Notes under the pieces: model-generated | Told to the model about the DNA's origin: nothing | The model's input: the letters and a program-made list of their open reading frames with translations, nothing else | Databases searched by the model: none | Part shown: positions 11,481 through 25,118 of the stretch, in pieces | Position numbering within the stretch: the first letter of the stretch is position 1 | Layout: the number at the start of each line of letters is the position of its first letter | Translations under genes and position numbers: made by a program | Source: Lytechinus variegatus | Lineage: Eukaryota | DNA length: 64,000 bases | Reading direction: 5' to 3' | Assembly: GCF_018143015.1 (NCBI RefSeq) | Contig: NC_054751.1 | Span: forward strand, 28,449,438-28,513,437

Positions 11481-14400
11481 TTAACAAAATGTTAAGCTTC
11501 CCATAGTTCTGGCACAGAGTTAGACCATGGCCTAAATTAAACTGACTTCAGCATACAGGCCTTATTGTCAGGGGATTCAAATAACTTACAGGAGTGTATT
11601 TCTGAAGATTAATTTCCCACAATGAGGGGATAATTTCTCAAGCAATCCATAGAAACATGTTCTGCTATGGGATACGTAAGGGGGTGTTGCAAGAAACTAG
11701 TTGCAATCAATTGCACATTTCTATTGCAATTTTACAATTGATAGATCAATTGTAACTACATGTATGGCAAATAGATATTTCGTTCCTGATGAAAGATAAA
11801 ATAAATTGAGTGCAAATTTGCAATTGATCGCCAGACTTGTGATTGATTGTGGGACGTAGAATTAAATTGCAATTGATTGCTAGTTGATTGCAATGCCCCA
11901 ACAAACTTCTGACCAAACCAATGTTGACATCAGGAATTACTTTCTTTTTTAATTGTCAGCCAATCGGCTTGTTAGGATGATGTGTTTTCTTCTGAAATCT
12001 TGTATCAATCTTAAGGCCCTTGTCACATTGTTCCGTGCAAGCCTTGCATGTAATTTGCCGGTGACTATTTTAGCTACCCGCATTGCCCAGGGGTGGCCCA
12101 CAGTGACAGTTTCTCGCTAGCAGTTGCCCACAGTAGCAATCGCAAGTCTCATTTGTGCGCAGAAAAGTTTTGAGCACATTCAAAACTTGTTTTGTTACGG
12201 GCGAGTTGCAAGAGAATGCCCTCAGCTTGCCCGCAAGGCTTGCGTGGAACGATGTGACCGGGCCATTATCAATGTCTGAGGCAATAATGTCATGTGCAAG
12301 CATGAACTTGTATTTCTGCAACTTTGACCATGTGTGTTCTTATGTACACTGTCCGTCATATAGTAGGATAGGACGTACAGTACATGTCATCGTTGGGCTG
12401 TTAAAACTTTGTCGGAATACAGAATTAAATCTTGAAATTTAAAAGAAAAAATGAGTACAGCTGAGAAAAACTCTATTATAGAGGTGTGACTTCAGTTGGA
12501 AATCATCTTTTGCACAGAAATATATCTGTAAAAGAATTAGGAGGTTGTTTCAGACAATGTGATGTTGCCAACATTTTCATATTTCTAGATTGCCACTCTT
12601 TTTTGAGCTGTCCTAATTTTTTCAAATTTTTATTTTTAGATACAAGGTAAGAACAGCCCAGCAGTGATGTATGTCGGTCTATGTTCATGGGTTCCAGATG
12701 CTCTACATGTCGTTTTAGATGTGATTCTTATTTATGATGAAAAAGAGCAAGAGGTTTAGGGGGGCTGCCATCACCGTTAGACATGGAAATACTGTTGATA
12801 CTAAATAAAAAATATAGGCTTTAATTCATAAATATGATTTTAATCTGTAGTCTGAAGTCATGATTTCGCCATTTCATGCATTGATTACACTTAAAGCAAT
12901 GTATATTTTATTTTAACCAAAGGGCCTAAAATGAATGCATGATTTTATTACAGAGTGGTGCATTCTTGCAGGTTACTTATAAAGGTTACTGCATGAATGG
13001 ACCAACATGCAAGAATCTATCGAAGTGGGTATTCATTATTTTGCTCTTCCTCAATATATTTACCAAATTAAGCATAATTAAAGAATGAAATCTACTTTAA
13101 CCATGGTTTTCAGACTACAAAATCAAATTTTCCTACAGTTGGGCCTATAAGTCTTATTTTTTTATATCAATAAAACTATTCAATATTTTCATTTATTTTA
13201 TTTATTATTATTTTTTTTTTGGGGGGGAATCGAGAAGGCATAATTAATGCAATCAATACTTGAAGATATTTCAAAGAATCGATACCACAATCATAATAAA
13301 TAGTTGACTATGGCAAAATATATAGCCTATTTGGTTGGTATAAGCACATAGATATTACCTATGAATAATAGAATTCTACTCTTGAAAGTGGTAAAAGAAA
13401 ATTATTATTGTAATGGGAATAAAACATTTTGTTTAAGTAGCTGCTAAGTTTTAAGGAGTCACTGTAATTTTGGCTCCATATCTTTCAAAAGCAGATCTGC
13501 CAGAATAAACACAATTTTTAAATGATCCAGTCTGCGTTGTCAACGTCTTAGTTATTTTGTGTTTTTACAAAACCAGTGCTTTTGGTCTTGTTATCCACAT
13601 CAGGGTCCTCTGTCATAAAGATTTGTTATAATAACGAATGCACAATTGTTATGACAAGTTCACTATCAGCCAATCAAAATGAGTGATTTCAGTAGCTTGA
13701 AAGGTTTATTGCTATTTTGTTATTATAACAAGTTTTATGAAACAGGGACCCCCATCAGGTTGAAAATTATTGTAGAAGATAAGATCTTAATGATACAGTC
13801 ATACCAACGAGATGGCAGATGGTATGTCGGTAAATTGCCAATTCGTCCTCTGCCAACTCGTCCACTCACCACATATGGTCTACGTTTATTTAGTCTAATG
13901 CCATTCTGTCCAACATTTCATCTAAAAGCCATTTGGTCCAATAAGCACTTTGTCTATTTCCATTTCGTGTCACAACCAGTTGGTCTAATACCTATTTTCT
14001 TTTCAATAATTTTGCCCAATGAACGCTTAGTCCAGTTAGACCAAATGGTATATGGACTAAATGGCTATTGGACCGACTGGTTATTAGACAAAATGCGAAG
14101 TGGATAGACCATGTGGATAGTGGACGAACTGATGGTATACATCGTACCAGATGATAGTAGACGAGTTGGTTATTGGACGAACTGGCATTAGACCAATTGG
14201 AAATAAACGGGTATGTTAATTGTAACTTCAGTCAGTCTGGAGGTGGTTTGATGTTGTGACTGGGCATAAGATTAATTGTTCTTAAGAAAAAGCACTAAAA
14301 GGGGAAGTTTTACTGTACCTACAGTATACCAATAGACAAATCATTTCACACCCATTCCTATAAAGAAAGCAAAAATAAGTTGTCATGAACCATTAAAAAT

Positions 14401-15789
14401 TCACACTTTTTAATTCCAAAGCATATGGGGCAGCTGCTTGTTTATGACATCACAAATCCAAAACTTAAAACCCTAATAACTTTCTTAGTCTTTAATGGAA
14501 TTTCCTCAAACCTTCTCCAATATTTTATCAAGCCTTCTGCTATTTTCACAAAAACAATTTCTTCAGGGTGAACTTCCCTTTAAAAGGGAGAATGGCATTT
14601 GAAAAAAGATATTTTTATCTTTAGGAATATACCAGCAACTTCAAGAAAAAAAAATCACAAATAATCTTCTTGGTTTCCCCCACTTTAATACATATCTCCA
14701 TCTTATTTTTGAGTGAATTCTTGAAGGCGTACTGTATCATTTTCTCATACCCATTCCCAGTGTCCAGACAAAAACAAATTAAGCCCTCTTTGGTTGTTAT
14801 TTCATTCAATGTATTCTTTGTTGAAGAAAACAAATTACTATTTATGATTAGTAATATATGATAATGTACAATATGATCTTGAACTTCCAGCTAACCAGAG
14901 CATACCATAGTCTAGGGGAGGGAGCGGGGTGTAGATAGGGTATGCACGTTACTTCTATGCAGTGTATTTCCACATATTTTTATCCCAAAGCAAGCACAAA
15001 TAAAATTTTCAATTGGTGTACCTTCCAAATGTCTCTTATGGTTCCCGCTATGGTTGCTTCGGTGAGATGTTCCCCTGCTCCCCTCGGAACCAAAGTTATT
15101 CCACCCCCCCCCCTTCCTATACAATGATCACTTTACAGTTAATTGGACTTGCTTGGTATACATTTTAGGGAGGGGATTCATCAACATTTGTCATCTAACA
15201 AGTAAAATCTAACAACTTTCCATTTACTAAAGCAGCATATACATGCATTAAATGTATAGTCTATACCCTTCATTAATTTTCATAAGATTGATTTTGAGTT
15301 ATTTTGATAACTTTGTGATCTCAGAATACATATATCTTTGAGGATGGGGGAGGAGCAGTAGTGTTGATAAAGAGAGAGAGAGAAGAGTTGCAGCGAGTGC
15401 TACTTTGCAGGGGAAGAATAAGGGAGAAAAAGATCGAGGAGGAAGGATATTAGTAATAATAATCCACTTTCATATAGCGCTTAATAGATCAGAACAACGC
15501 CTATAGTGCACTTCAAAGCTATTATATTACACCGGTCGTCGGATCCCTGACAAGTCCGCATACAATTAATGTATGCACTTTCTCCACTCCCCACCTGAGT
15601 ATTAAAAAAATAAGAAGAAAATGGAGAATGAGGTGAGAAAATTGGATGAGGAAAAGAGATAAGACGGGAGGAGGATGAATTTAAAGCAAGAAAGATAACA
15701 TTTTCATGTCTTCTATGCTATAGTTATCTTTCAAAGGTAGCTCTAACAATATTTCATATAGAGTATAATAGACTGCCGCCCTGACCAGT

Positions 15790-16181
15790 CACAACACATG
15801 CAAGGGACGTATTCCTGCCCCCCCCCCCCCCCCCCCCTGACGAGCCACACGTCCCCTCCTTTGAACTTGAAGACCTTTTATTTATTTTTTATTTTTTTGC
15901 TTGTCAATTACTTTTCTGGTGCGAAAAGTCCTTTACTTGTGGTTGAAGAACCTTTTTTTTTTTGCTTATCAAATTTTTGGGCGGACGAATTTGCCCCCCC
16001 CCCCCTTGGATTATATTAGCTCTGAAAATTTCATTCTTTGTACTTCTAGTTTTTCGAAGATTCCGTACATGCCAAATATGTGATTTCGTACGTGCGACCG
16101 AATACTCAGTTCCTCTCATCTTTCTTGTTGTTTTGCTGATAAGCGCCTGGGTTTTCACAGAAAGAAAGAGCTGAAGTCATC
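15790..16181 (+). promoter_or_regulatory. Putative MVP 5' flank / 5'UTR region with long homopolymer C tracts
   Basis: C20 at 15817-15836 and C13 at 15996-16008 lie 350 bp and 175 bp upstream of the MVP ATG. A possible 5'UTR acceptor TTTTCACAG sits at 16152-16160. No TATA box was confirmed. Confidence 0.3.
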
Positions 16182-16235
16182 ATGAGTGAACTCATAGCAA
16201 TAGGACCGACCGAGTTCGTACATATTTTAGACATT
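16182..16235 (+). CDS. MVP: Major vault protein exon 1 (start codon)
   Basis: ATG at 16182, donor GTAAGT at 16236. MSELIAIGPTEFVHILDI aligns to the MVP N-terminus ([20 protein letters not shown]). Confidence 0.85.
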
Positions 16236-16582
16236 GTAAGTATCAACTTTGATCCTATTAAGATTGTTTGTCACAGTCTGAATAGTCGACTCATGTAGGA
16301 GAGCATTGTCATTAACTGACGCATGCAATGATTTTACACACATCATCGAATAGGGATATCACAATACTGTGATAACGTAATTTAATTTGCACAGGCATTA
16401 AATCCCCGTCTGCAGCAGATATATTGTGCTTGTTTAGAACCTATCAGGGCAAGTAGGATGTAGGAGATGAGAAAAAGGCGTGGACTTGAATCAGTGACAC
16501 TAAGGGTACTAATGCCTTTAAAAAAATGGATAATCTGTTTTTCTATTCCAATCATGAAGAAGCGAAAACGGAATACAGCCCA

Positions 16583-17399
16583 GGGGTGGTATTCTGAGAT
16601 CATTTTATCTCGGATAAAATAAATTTTATCTCCGTTAAAATCAGTGAGATAAAATACCCTTAAAATCTCTCCAAATTGGTATTCTGAGAACAATTTTATC
16701 TTCATTTTATCTCTGTAAGACACACCTATTTTTTAATCAATATCCAATTAGAAACGCTTTTATAGCTCTCTGATATCACTCAACCAATGTAAATCCATTC
16801 GGCTATGAGTTGTGGCAAAGAAGTGAGATTGCGTCAATTTATTGACTTCACATACGCTTACAAATGCGTCTTTCAGAGATTTCTTTTTAACAAAAATGAC
16901 AATACTCTCATCTTTTTTTCGAAGTCTATTTCGCATCTTTTCAAGCATCGTTTCAAAGACAATATTAGTCAAGAAAAGTCTTATGAAATACTTCCTAATT
17001 GTACAGGAATAACTTTAAGGTGTTGTTCTCAATGAATATATCATTTTTCTTCATATTCATGTCAATATTTGTAGATAATTCACTTCGAAATATTGACGAA
17101 ATCAACGTCACGGAGATAAAATAACCTCTACCCTCTTTTAAGTTTATTTTATTTTTTCTTCAAAGTAACTAGGGCGCAAGCACATCACCCGCGTTGCAAT
17201 GTCCAGATACGCGATGGGTATGTCTACACTGCCACCGCTCTGTTGCGTATATCATCATAGATACGCAAAATAAAATTTGCACGCAAGATAAAATTTTAGA
17301 TTTTATCTGAGAGATAAAATGTCATCTCAGAATACCAATTTCATTTTAAGAGATAAAATAAAATATTTCAAAGATAAAATGACCTCAGAATACCGCCCC
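16583..17399. mobile_element. TIR element (about 0.8 kb, no ORF) in MVP intron 1
   Basis: TIR GGGGTGGTATTCTGAGATCATTTTATCTC at 16583 pairs with GAGATAAAATGACCTCAGAATACCGCCCC ending at 17399. The sequence GATAAAAT recurs internally. Confidence 0.7.
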
Positions 17400-17676
17400 A
17401 GTGGTTTGGTTTTTGAAAACCCAAAAACGAAATTACAATGAGAAAAATGTGTTGTGATTTCGTTTTTTGTAGATCAAAAACAGAAAATAGAAATTAAAAA
17501 GTTAGAACTTTTTTGGGGCTTTTCCTGATTTCTCATTCTGAATTTGTGTTTTATTATATAAAAAACAAAATCAGAACACGCTTTCCGCTCCGTGATTCTT
17601 CGGACAATCACACCGCAAACCTCAAAATTGACGTCGGCTCTCTGATTTCTGATTTGCTTTTCGTTCATCAATGTTA

Positions 17677-18360
17677 AAGAGCGCCATCTATGTTGAACGT
17701 TTAAAGCACCATATTTCATAATTATCTTGAAAGAATTCAAAGTAAACCACCATTCTAGCATAATACTGGCAAGCTATTGGTGTCGATCTGTATTCATGGT
17801 CGGGGGCTGTTCTCTTGTGAGGGATTCTTTTTTCTTTTCTTTTTTTTAACTTTAATTTTATTTTTTATTTTTTGTTGGGGCGGAGGCCAGTGGCGGAATG
17901 GTTCTAAAGATTTCAGAGCAAAACATGAGAAAAGGGCCAAAGTAATTTTAAATTAAGTGAGTGAGTGAAGCGAGCAAGCCAAAAATAGCTTTTTGATACA
18001 TAAATCAATTTTTTATGATGGATTTTGTCATGATGTTTACAACATATATCATATCAAAATCAGTTGCAAAAATTTGATTTATCTATTTAAAAGGCTATTT
18101 GGCTCAGTCGCTTCCCTTGCTCACAGCGATTTGAAATTAATTTAGCCCTCATATCTTGCCCCTAAAACTTTTAGTCTCATACGCCACTGACCTCCGCCCC
18201 CCCCCCAAAAAAAAAAAATAAGATCCCTCACAAGAGAACAAAACAGCCCCCATGAATACATATTGATACCCATAGCTTGCCAGTATATAAATGCTAGAAC
18301 GGTGGTTTACTTTGAATTCTATCAACTTTAAAAATTTTGTTGACGTAGATGGCGCTCTTT
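17677..18360. mobile_element. Nested foldback element in MVP intron 1
   Basis: Arms of about 160 bp (17677-17835 and 18200-18360) are reverse complements (AAAGAGCGCCATCTA...GTAAACCACC...CTTGTGAGGGAT). The spacer is itself bounded by GGGGCGGAGGCCAGTGGCG and CGCCACTGACCTCCGCCCCCCCC. Confidence 0.7.
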
Positions 18361-18685
18361 GGCAATATGGAAACACTTGCATCATTGATATAATTCTTTG
18401 TTCATTATACACTAGATTACAGTGCTATGGCCATGATGAGAAAGAGCTTGCAAAAGGCAAATTTCCATGACATTATTTTAAAAAAATAGACCAAACGAAA
18501 GAATGAGCCCATAGAAACCAGGTACTGGTCCCCTTTTAGCTTTTTTTTTTTTGGGGGGGGTTAAAAAAATATCAACATGCCTTTTCTTGGTAACCTTTGA
18601 AGACATAGAAGACTTGATGAAGAGAAAAAATGATGATGCTATAATTTTTTTTATCATAACATTTCTTGTTTGTTTTTCCATGTAG

Positions 18686-18819
18686 ACGACAAACATAACT
18701 CATTTGGAGCTTGGTCCCAAGAGGCTTATGCTGAAGGCTAATCAACGAAAGGTTGCTGGACCTTTACCTTGCATCATCATACCCCCGGGTCATTATTGCA
18801 CCATCAAAGACCCTATTAA
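18686..18819 (+). CDS. MVP: MVP exon 2
   Basis: Acceptor ccatgtAG, donor GTAAGT at 18820. TTNITHLELGPKRLMLKANQRKVAGPLPCIIIPPGHYCTIKDPI matches MVP (VEVGPKTYIRQDNERV...VPPRHYCTVANPV). Confidence 0.9.
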
Positions 18820-19830
18820 GTAAGTGTTCTAGCTTGTTTTCTGTTTCTCCTTTTTTCATACTCTTGGACTGTTACATGAACACTTTTATTGTCTCGCCTG
18901 AACGGAGTTCGGCAGAGACCTCGTAATTACTTTTCCTGTTGGTCTGTTAGTCTGTTCCAAAATGTTAAATTTTTTTGTTCAACTTGCTCTCATTTCTTTA
19001 TTTGTGCATCATTTATGTTAATACTTGTACATATGATCCTTGGGTAATGCCACATGTGACTCCATGAAAATGATGGGGTCAAAGGTCACCTACATGTAGG
19101 GGTCAAAAGGTCAAATTATATGAGGGCATGTTCATCGCTTTTTGTTTAACTTTTATTTCTTTATTTCTGCTTCAAGTTTTATCACACTTGGTCCAAATGA
19201 TCCTTGGGTAATACCACATGTGTATTTGTTGAGGATGATGGGTCAAAGGGGCCCAGAATGTAGAATTATTAAGCCAGAAATTATGTACATCATGTAATGA
19301 CAAGGCCCTAGGGGGAACCTGTATTTTCCCAGAGATGAAATCTAAACAACAGGTCAGCTTGATGCTTGCACGTTGTCATGCTATTGGTTTTCCATCTAAA
19401 AATGCCTGCTTGCATTCAAAAACAGAGATCTTGCTTGCTATGTTTGATGATCTAAAATGTAATGTGAATAAGCGATTGTTTACTTTGTAACTACGTGTAC
19501 ATGTACTGTCAATACTGGTTTGACAATTAAAGGCCTGGTCACACTGCCCGAGCGTTGTTGGAGTGGTCATGGAGTGGTAGGGAGAGGGGGTCTAATTTCT
19601 CTCACAAAATTGGGGAAAAAAATAAAAAACAAAACTCGAAAACAAAATAAAAACAATCGAAATCGAAAATGGTGAATGGGAGCGAGCGGTGATGATTTTT
19701 TTTCTCTCTGCTCCAACAATGCTCGGCTGTGTGACCATGCCTTTATAAAAAGCTCATGTGTGCAGACCAAACTGATACTTAATCTCTCTCTTTTATTTCT
19801 ATTTCATTATTTTTGCTATTTTTTAAATTA

Positions 19831-19837
<7 letters not shown>

Positions 19838-19877
<40 letters not shown>

Positions 19878-19912
19878 TTATTTATTTATTTATTTATTAT
19901 TCATTTATTTAT
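19838..19912. repeat. (TA)n followed by (TTTA)n microsatellite
   Basis: TATATATATA... x19, then TTTATTTATTTATTTATTTATT. Confidence 0.9.
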
Positions 19913-20204
19913 TTAGATATTTAATTATTTATTGATACTTTAATTATTCATGCGTTTATTTGTTGTTGTTTTTTGGAGGGGGCTTTAACATTAATTGATC
20001 ATTAAAAGGCTAGATATTTCTTACTTTAGTTTGTGTTTTGTAAAAAAAGGTATACTATTTTATTAAACATTTCTTAATAGAACATGCAAAAGTTCAATTA
20101 TTTGGATTCTTCATTCACATTGTCAGTTGTCAGTTGCTGTACATACCATCTTATTTTACCGTTTTAAATCTCTTTATCATGCTTGTTTTTTTTTTTTTTA
20201 ACAG

Positions 20205-20268
20205 GAAGTACAAACCTGGAGAGCCTTGTGAACTGAAACATGGACACAAAGAAGTCCGGTTTCATCAG
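20205..20268 (+). CDS. MVP: MVP exon 3
   Basis: Acceptor ttttaacAG, donor GTGAGT at 20269. KKYKPGEPCELKHGHKEVRFHQ. Phase is consistent. Confidence 0.8.
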
Positions 20269-21240
20269 GTGAGTAAACGTCCCATATTTTCATATGTAAA
20301 AGCTTGTCTTTTGTTAAGGTTTGGTGAAGTGAACAATATTTGAAACTCATCCAACATTCAGGGCCCAGCAACACAAAGGTTAGCGATTAATTGCTAAATG
20401 AAACAGCCTATCAAGATCATCGTTGCATGCACATTTTGCTCAGTAGACTGACTAGGAACCAATCAGAATTGTTCTTTCAACTTCAGCTACTGTTACGTTA
20501 TGGGTCCCTGATCACAAAAAAGTGTAGTGGCACTTGAATTTGATTTCATCCATTGACCATATTGAAAAAAATAAAGTGTTACTTTTGAGTACATGATACT
20601 TCCCTCTCTTGGCAGTATTATTGTTTATGTTAAGCGGAAAAATGGCAGTTTGAACACTTGTTTCACAGTTGAGTGGTTTGAGCAAAAGCTACATAAAATA
20701 TTATATCCAGAAAAGAAGACAGAAAAAGAGATGAGGAAGGAGGCTGGGAAGGAGAGAAGAATTCAAAGAGGGGAGGCAACTGGGGGATATGGTTAGAGGG
20801 GGAGATATATGAGGAGAGGGGGTTGTTTAATTATATTTTTTCATTAGAGCATTTGTTATTATTCATGTGATTTCTATGATTTCATAACAATAAAGAATCA
20901 ATAATTCATGAAGACAAAACAATAAATTAGTTGGTAGTAATCAAGGGAGTCGGCTTTGACAGGTCAATGGCCTTTCCGACTTCCTACATCAGCTACATTT
21001 TCTTTTCATTTCTTTTGCATTTCTGCTATTTTACTATTGCTTATACTGTTATTAAAATTCTTTTACTCTTTTTGTTGAATCATATTTTCCTTGTATGTGT
21101 GTTTTTAAAGGATGTCAAATAAATGAATTGAATTGATTGTCAGATTTCTTGATATTCATAACGAGTGTGGAATGTATATTTCATTTCAAAACTAGTTGAG
21201 AACTGATTGATTTCTTTGATGATTATCATTCTGTCTTTAG

Positions 21241-21313
21241 GAACCATTTCCTCTATATCCTGGAGAAAGTTTAGAGGGCGCTGAGTCTTTACTATCTGTG
21301 GGTATAAGTAAAG
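21241..21313 (+). CDS. MVP: MVP exon 4 (donor ambiguous: 21302, 21308 or 21314)
   Basis: Acceptor ctgtctttAG. EPFPLYPGESLEGAESLLS... matches MVP DPFPLYPGEVLEK. Three GT sites 6 nt apart all give the required phase. AAG|GTAAAA at 21314 is closest to consensus. Confidence 0.7.
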
Positions 21314-23173
21314 GTAAAAGATCTATAAACTTGAAGACATCAGAATGAAAATATTACACTTTTGATAATGCAAATTATTATGCATGTCATTACAGTTAGA
21401 CTATTTCATCTTTTTTTCAATTTTAACCCATATCCATTGAGAATCAGTCTTGAATTTACTTTAAGAGTCTCTCGGTTAAAACCCACTGACACTCATGTCA
21501 ACATCAATTATACTGTGCCTGATTTGAGACCACTGCATGTTTTGGGGCACAGTAAACAAAATGCAAAGAGTTATTTCCAAACAAAGAAATGCTTCTCTCC
21601 CCAAGGAAGCACTTCGCCCACTCCATGTTTTTTTTATAACAGTATATAATTGAAAAGTGTAATAGTTTTCTGACTTCTACATGTATTTTGTGTTTAGCAT
21701 TATATATGTGCAATCATTTTACTAGTAGCTTATTTATTCTGTGCATTACATAGTGCTGTTTCTAGTATTCTTGTTCAGAAATTTCTTGCATGTTATTGTT
21801 AATGTAATCCTTAGTTTGCATAAACCGGATGTGTCAACTTTGGTTCACTAAACTTTTGTTCACTAATTCCATTTTAATATTCTCACTTACATGTGTATTT
21901 TGAGGAGTTTTATGCATGAGTCATTTGTGCATTTTGTATTATTTTTATGATTATGTATGCATGTCATATCTTTATTATAGCATTGGTCATTTATTCAATG
22001 GGTTTGGATGGTTCTCATACATTTTAATTTTTTTTAATCACCAAAACTCATGAATTCTTGAAATTTGTGAGACTAACCATTTTGTTGCATTGTTTCTTGC
22101 ACTTTTCCTAACTCTATACTAACCCCTTGTTATTTCATTTTATACCTAACCAGGTTTAGGTGCTAAAGCTCAATTCTACATGGGTGAGAGTTTAAAAGAA
22201 TTATAGATTTTATCTTAAATATTCAAGAGATCGTTACACTTTGTAAGCATCTGATCTCAAAAATTCTCAAGCTAAGATCCAGGGCCTGCTGGCAGATCAG
22301 CTAATGGCTGAGGTGGCTATCCTGAAAAAATAAAGTGTTATTGTTTATGTATTTCATGAAGTGAAAAATGTATATTTAATATTAACTTAAGGAGTGGTGT
22401 ACACAGAATTCTTGAAGGGGTGGTTCAAGCTGAATGAAAAGTTGACAAGCAAAAAAAACAGTTTTTCTTTAAAAATTTGAGGTCATTTGTTTGGTACCAA
22501 AACAATGTTTAGGGGGTGTTCAACCCCTGTAACCCCCCCCCCCCCTGCATATGTTACTGACATCGAGAATTGCTTGCATGCTAAAATATTTGGTTAAAAG
22601 TAAGTAGTAACACAAAAGTCAAGTTGGTATTCTAAAGTTGCTTTAAATGGTACTTACTTTGCTTTCACTATATTCTTTTGCATGACATGTTTATATTATT
22701 TTTATAGCACTAGATAACGGTGAATGATAGTGATAACCATGGTGATATGGTACTGATGATGAATTTGTTATTGTAATAATGATATATCAATAATAATGAC
22801 AATTACATTGATTGTTACCATAAACCAAGTCTTCTTAGTAAGATACTCCTGGAATTTGAAAAAAAAAAGAATGTACATGTAAAATCATGGGCATGTGGAC
22901 TAAAGACAGTGGTAGGACTGTATGGGCTCCAAACCGGTACCAATGCGATTGACATAGCCTCCTCATGCATATTCTGTTCTTATTTTAACCTGTTGTTCTT
23001 ATTTTAACAATGATCTTGTTAACTCTTTTGATCGTCTTATGTATAAGGATGAATGTATTACGTGCATGCCAATATTTTGTATTAATTTTGTCTCTCTTTG
23101 ATTATGTATATTTGTAATTTGTATGTTTGCATGTAAACAAAATGAATTTCCATTAAGTTGGACAATAAAAACA

Positions 23174-23929
23174 TATATATATATATAAACCCCTCAAAAA
23201 AAGTTTTGCTACTCGGATTTCGGGATGATATCTTTTTGGTTAATGAAGTATAAAAAATGAAACTGGTATCATTGGAAAGCTGAATTATTCATCTTTACAA
23301 TGACATGCCATTTGCTGTGATTATGTAATCATGGAATATGCAATCACCCTGAACATCGAGAAAAGTCAGAAGTGAAATGTTGCAAAATGCATTGATTTCC
23401 AACAAGAGTCTCCATTTCTATAGAATTTCCACCACAGTGAATGCACTCGGTCCATCCTCGAAACAATTGAAATTCGCTATTGCAAACGACGCATTTTGCA
23501 ACATTTCATGTCTAACATTGCTGCGTATTATCATGTCTGTGTATTTCATGATAACACTAGCATTACAAATGACACATGATTGTAAAGGAGAATAATCATA
23601 CTTTCTAAAGATATTACTTTTACACATGATGATGGCACATTAAGAAATTTATTAGCACTCAAACTTGCAGTTTGAGTTGCAGAACTCAAACATGACATGG
23701 CAACGAATTTTTGCAACATTTCATTTCTTACATTGCTGCATATTTATCATGTCTGTGTTTTTCATGATAACACTAGCATTACAAATGACACATGATCGTA
23801 AAGAGGAATAATCATACTTTCCAATGATACCACTTTTACATATGATGATGGCACACTAAGAAATTTATTAGCACTTAAACTTGAGTTGCGGAACTTTTTT
23901 TGAGGGGTTTATATATATATATATATATT
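23174..23929. mobile_element. TIR element with internal tandem duplication, MVP intron 4
   Basis: TIR (TA)n AAACCCCTCAAAAAAAGTTTTGC at 23174-23210 pairs with AACTTTTTTTGAGGGGTTT(AT)n at 23893-23929. Inside, a unit of about 190 bp is duplicated in tandem (23498-23690 and 23703-23893). Confidence 0.7.
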
Positions 23930-24047
23930 CATATCCAAATCTTTGACCTTTTTTTAGATTCTTGCCTCAATTTTTGATTAAAAAGAAATAACTCTGAAAA
24001 TTTGCTCAAGACAAGATTTGATACAATGTCAGTGGTCTTGACTATAC

Positions 24048-24862
24048 AGTGCGTATCAAAAAAAGTTTACACTTTGAAAAAGGCCTGTGAATTAAAAAAT
24101 ATACAACATGTTGTTAATTTTTTCACATATAATCTTGGGTTTGGGTCTCAACTATCCAATGAAAGAAGAAGTTTTGTCAGAATGTTACACTTGAGTGAGC
24201 ACTGTCCATTTTTGTAAAACTCGCAGAAATCTGTTTGCGCAGAAATGCTCGTTTTCACGCTGTGTTAAGGAGAAACTGCGAAATCAAACTTACCCTGCGA
24301 AACATTTCTCATACATTTCCCTTGCACCTTTAGTCAGTTGAAATTAGACGGATACATTCAAGCATTTTGTAACGATCTTGCCACCCAAATTGAAATTTCA
24401 ACACTTAGTAAGCACAACCTTTATCCTTTTTGTGCCAGCTGGATCTGAGGACATAACTGAATCTGAACAAAAGTTTATATCAGACGTCTTCAGCATTATT
24501 TCACTAAATTTTTGTCATTGAAAGTGGGTTTTCATTTCATTTTTCATTTAATACTTGTTTCTTTACACTTTTCCAAGCTCGGCAATGATTAACAAAATGA
24601 AATCAATAGATAAATTGTACATGTTCTTCATGATTAAGGTCTACTTTCATTCGCATAACTATTTCAAAGTTCTACGCAAATCATTTTTCAATAACTTTTC
24701 AAAAGTAAGTAATGCTCAGTTAAGTGGAAATATTTTTCGACATATCGTCATTTGATTAAATGAATCTGTACCAATGTTAAAATGTGGAAAAATCTTCAGG
24801 ATATTACAAATGTATAATTTTATAGGATTTTTTCAAAGTGTAAACTTTTTTGATACGCACTG
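24048..24862. mobile_element. TIR element (34-bp TIR), MVP intron 4
   Basis: CAGTGCGTATCAAAAAAAGTTTACACTTTGAAAAA at 24048 pairs with TTTTTCAAAGTGTAAACTTTTTTGATACGCACTG ending at 24862. Confidence 0.75.
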
Positions 24863-25118
24863 TACATGTAGTTGGTTTGTTTGCACCTCGCCAATCGACC
24901 TGACTGGTGTGTCAGAAATTGTGCTATATCCTTACATTTCGTGTCCATGAATATTCCTGAGGCGTACTGACAAACTAAACCATATTGTATTGTCATTATA
25001 TGTCAATCACGACCGTACCGATTTGGAGTCAAATCCTTCCCACATACATGGACATGTATATTCTTCTTGATATCAAAACACCATATATCATCTTGATTGT
25101 ATCGTTAATTCTACCCAG

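Noticed and set aside
12070-12442. Overlapping 83-aa minus and 95-aa plus ORFs in the intergenic region
   Set aside because: There are no conserved motifs and no splice-site context. They are surrounded by repeat copies (the GCAATTGAT-rich element at 11685-11900 recurs inverted at 54290-54480), so they are probably non-coding.
13679-14107. 142-aa ORF in the intergenic region
   Set aside because: It starts inside a MITE terminus and continues through a degenerate tandem repeat (TTGGTCTAAT / TTAGACCAA units). Its composition is repeat-driven, and it has no splice or motif support.
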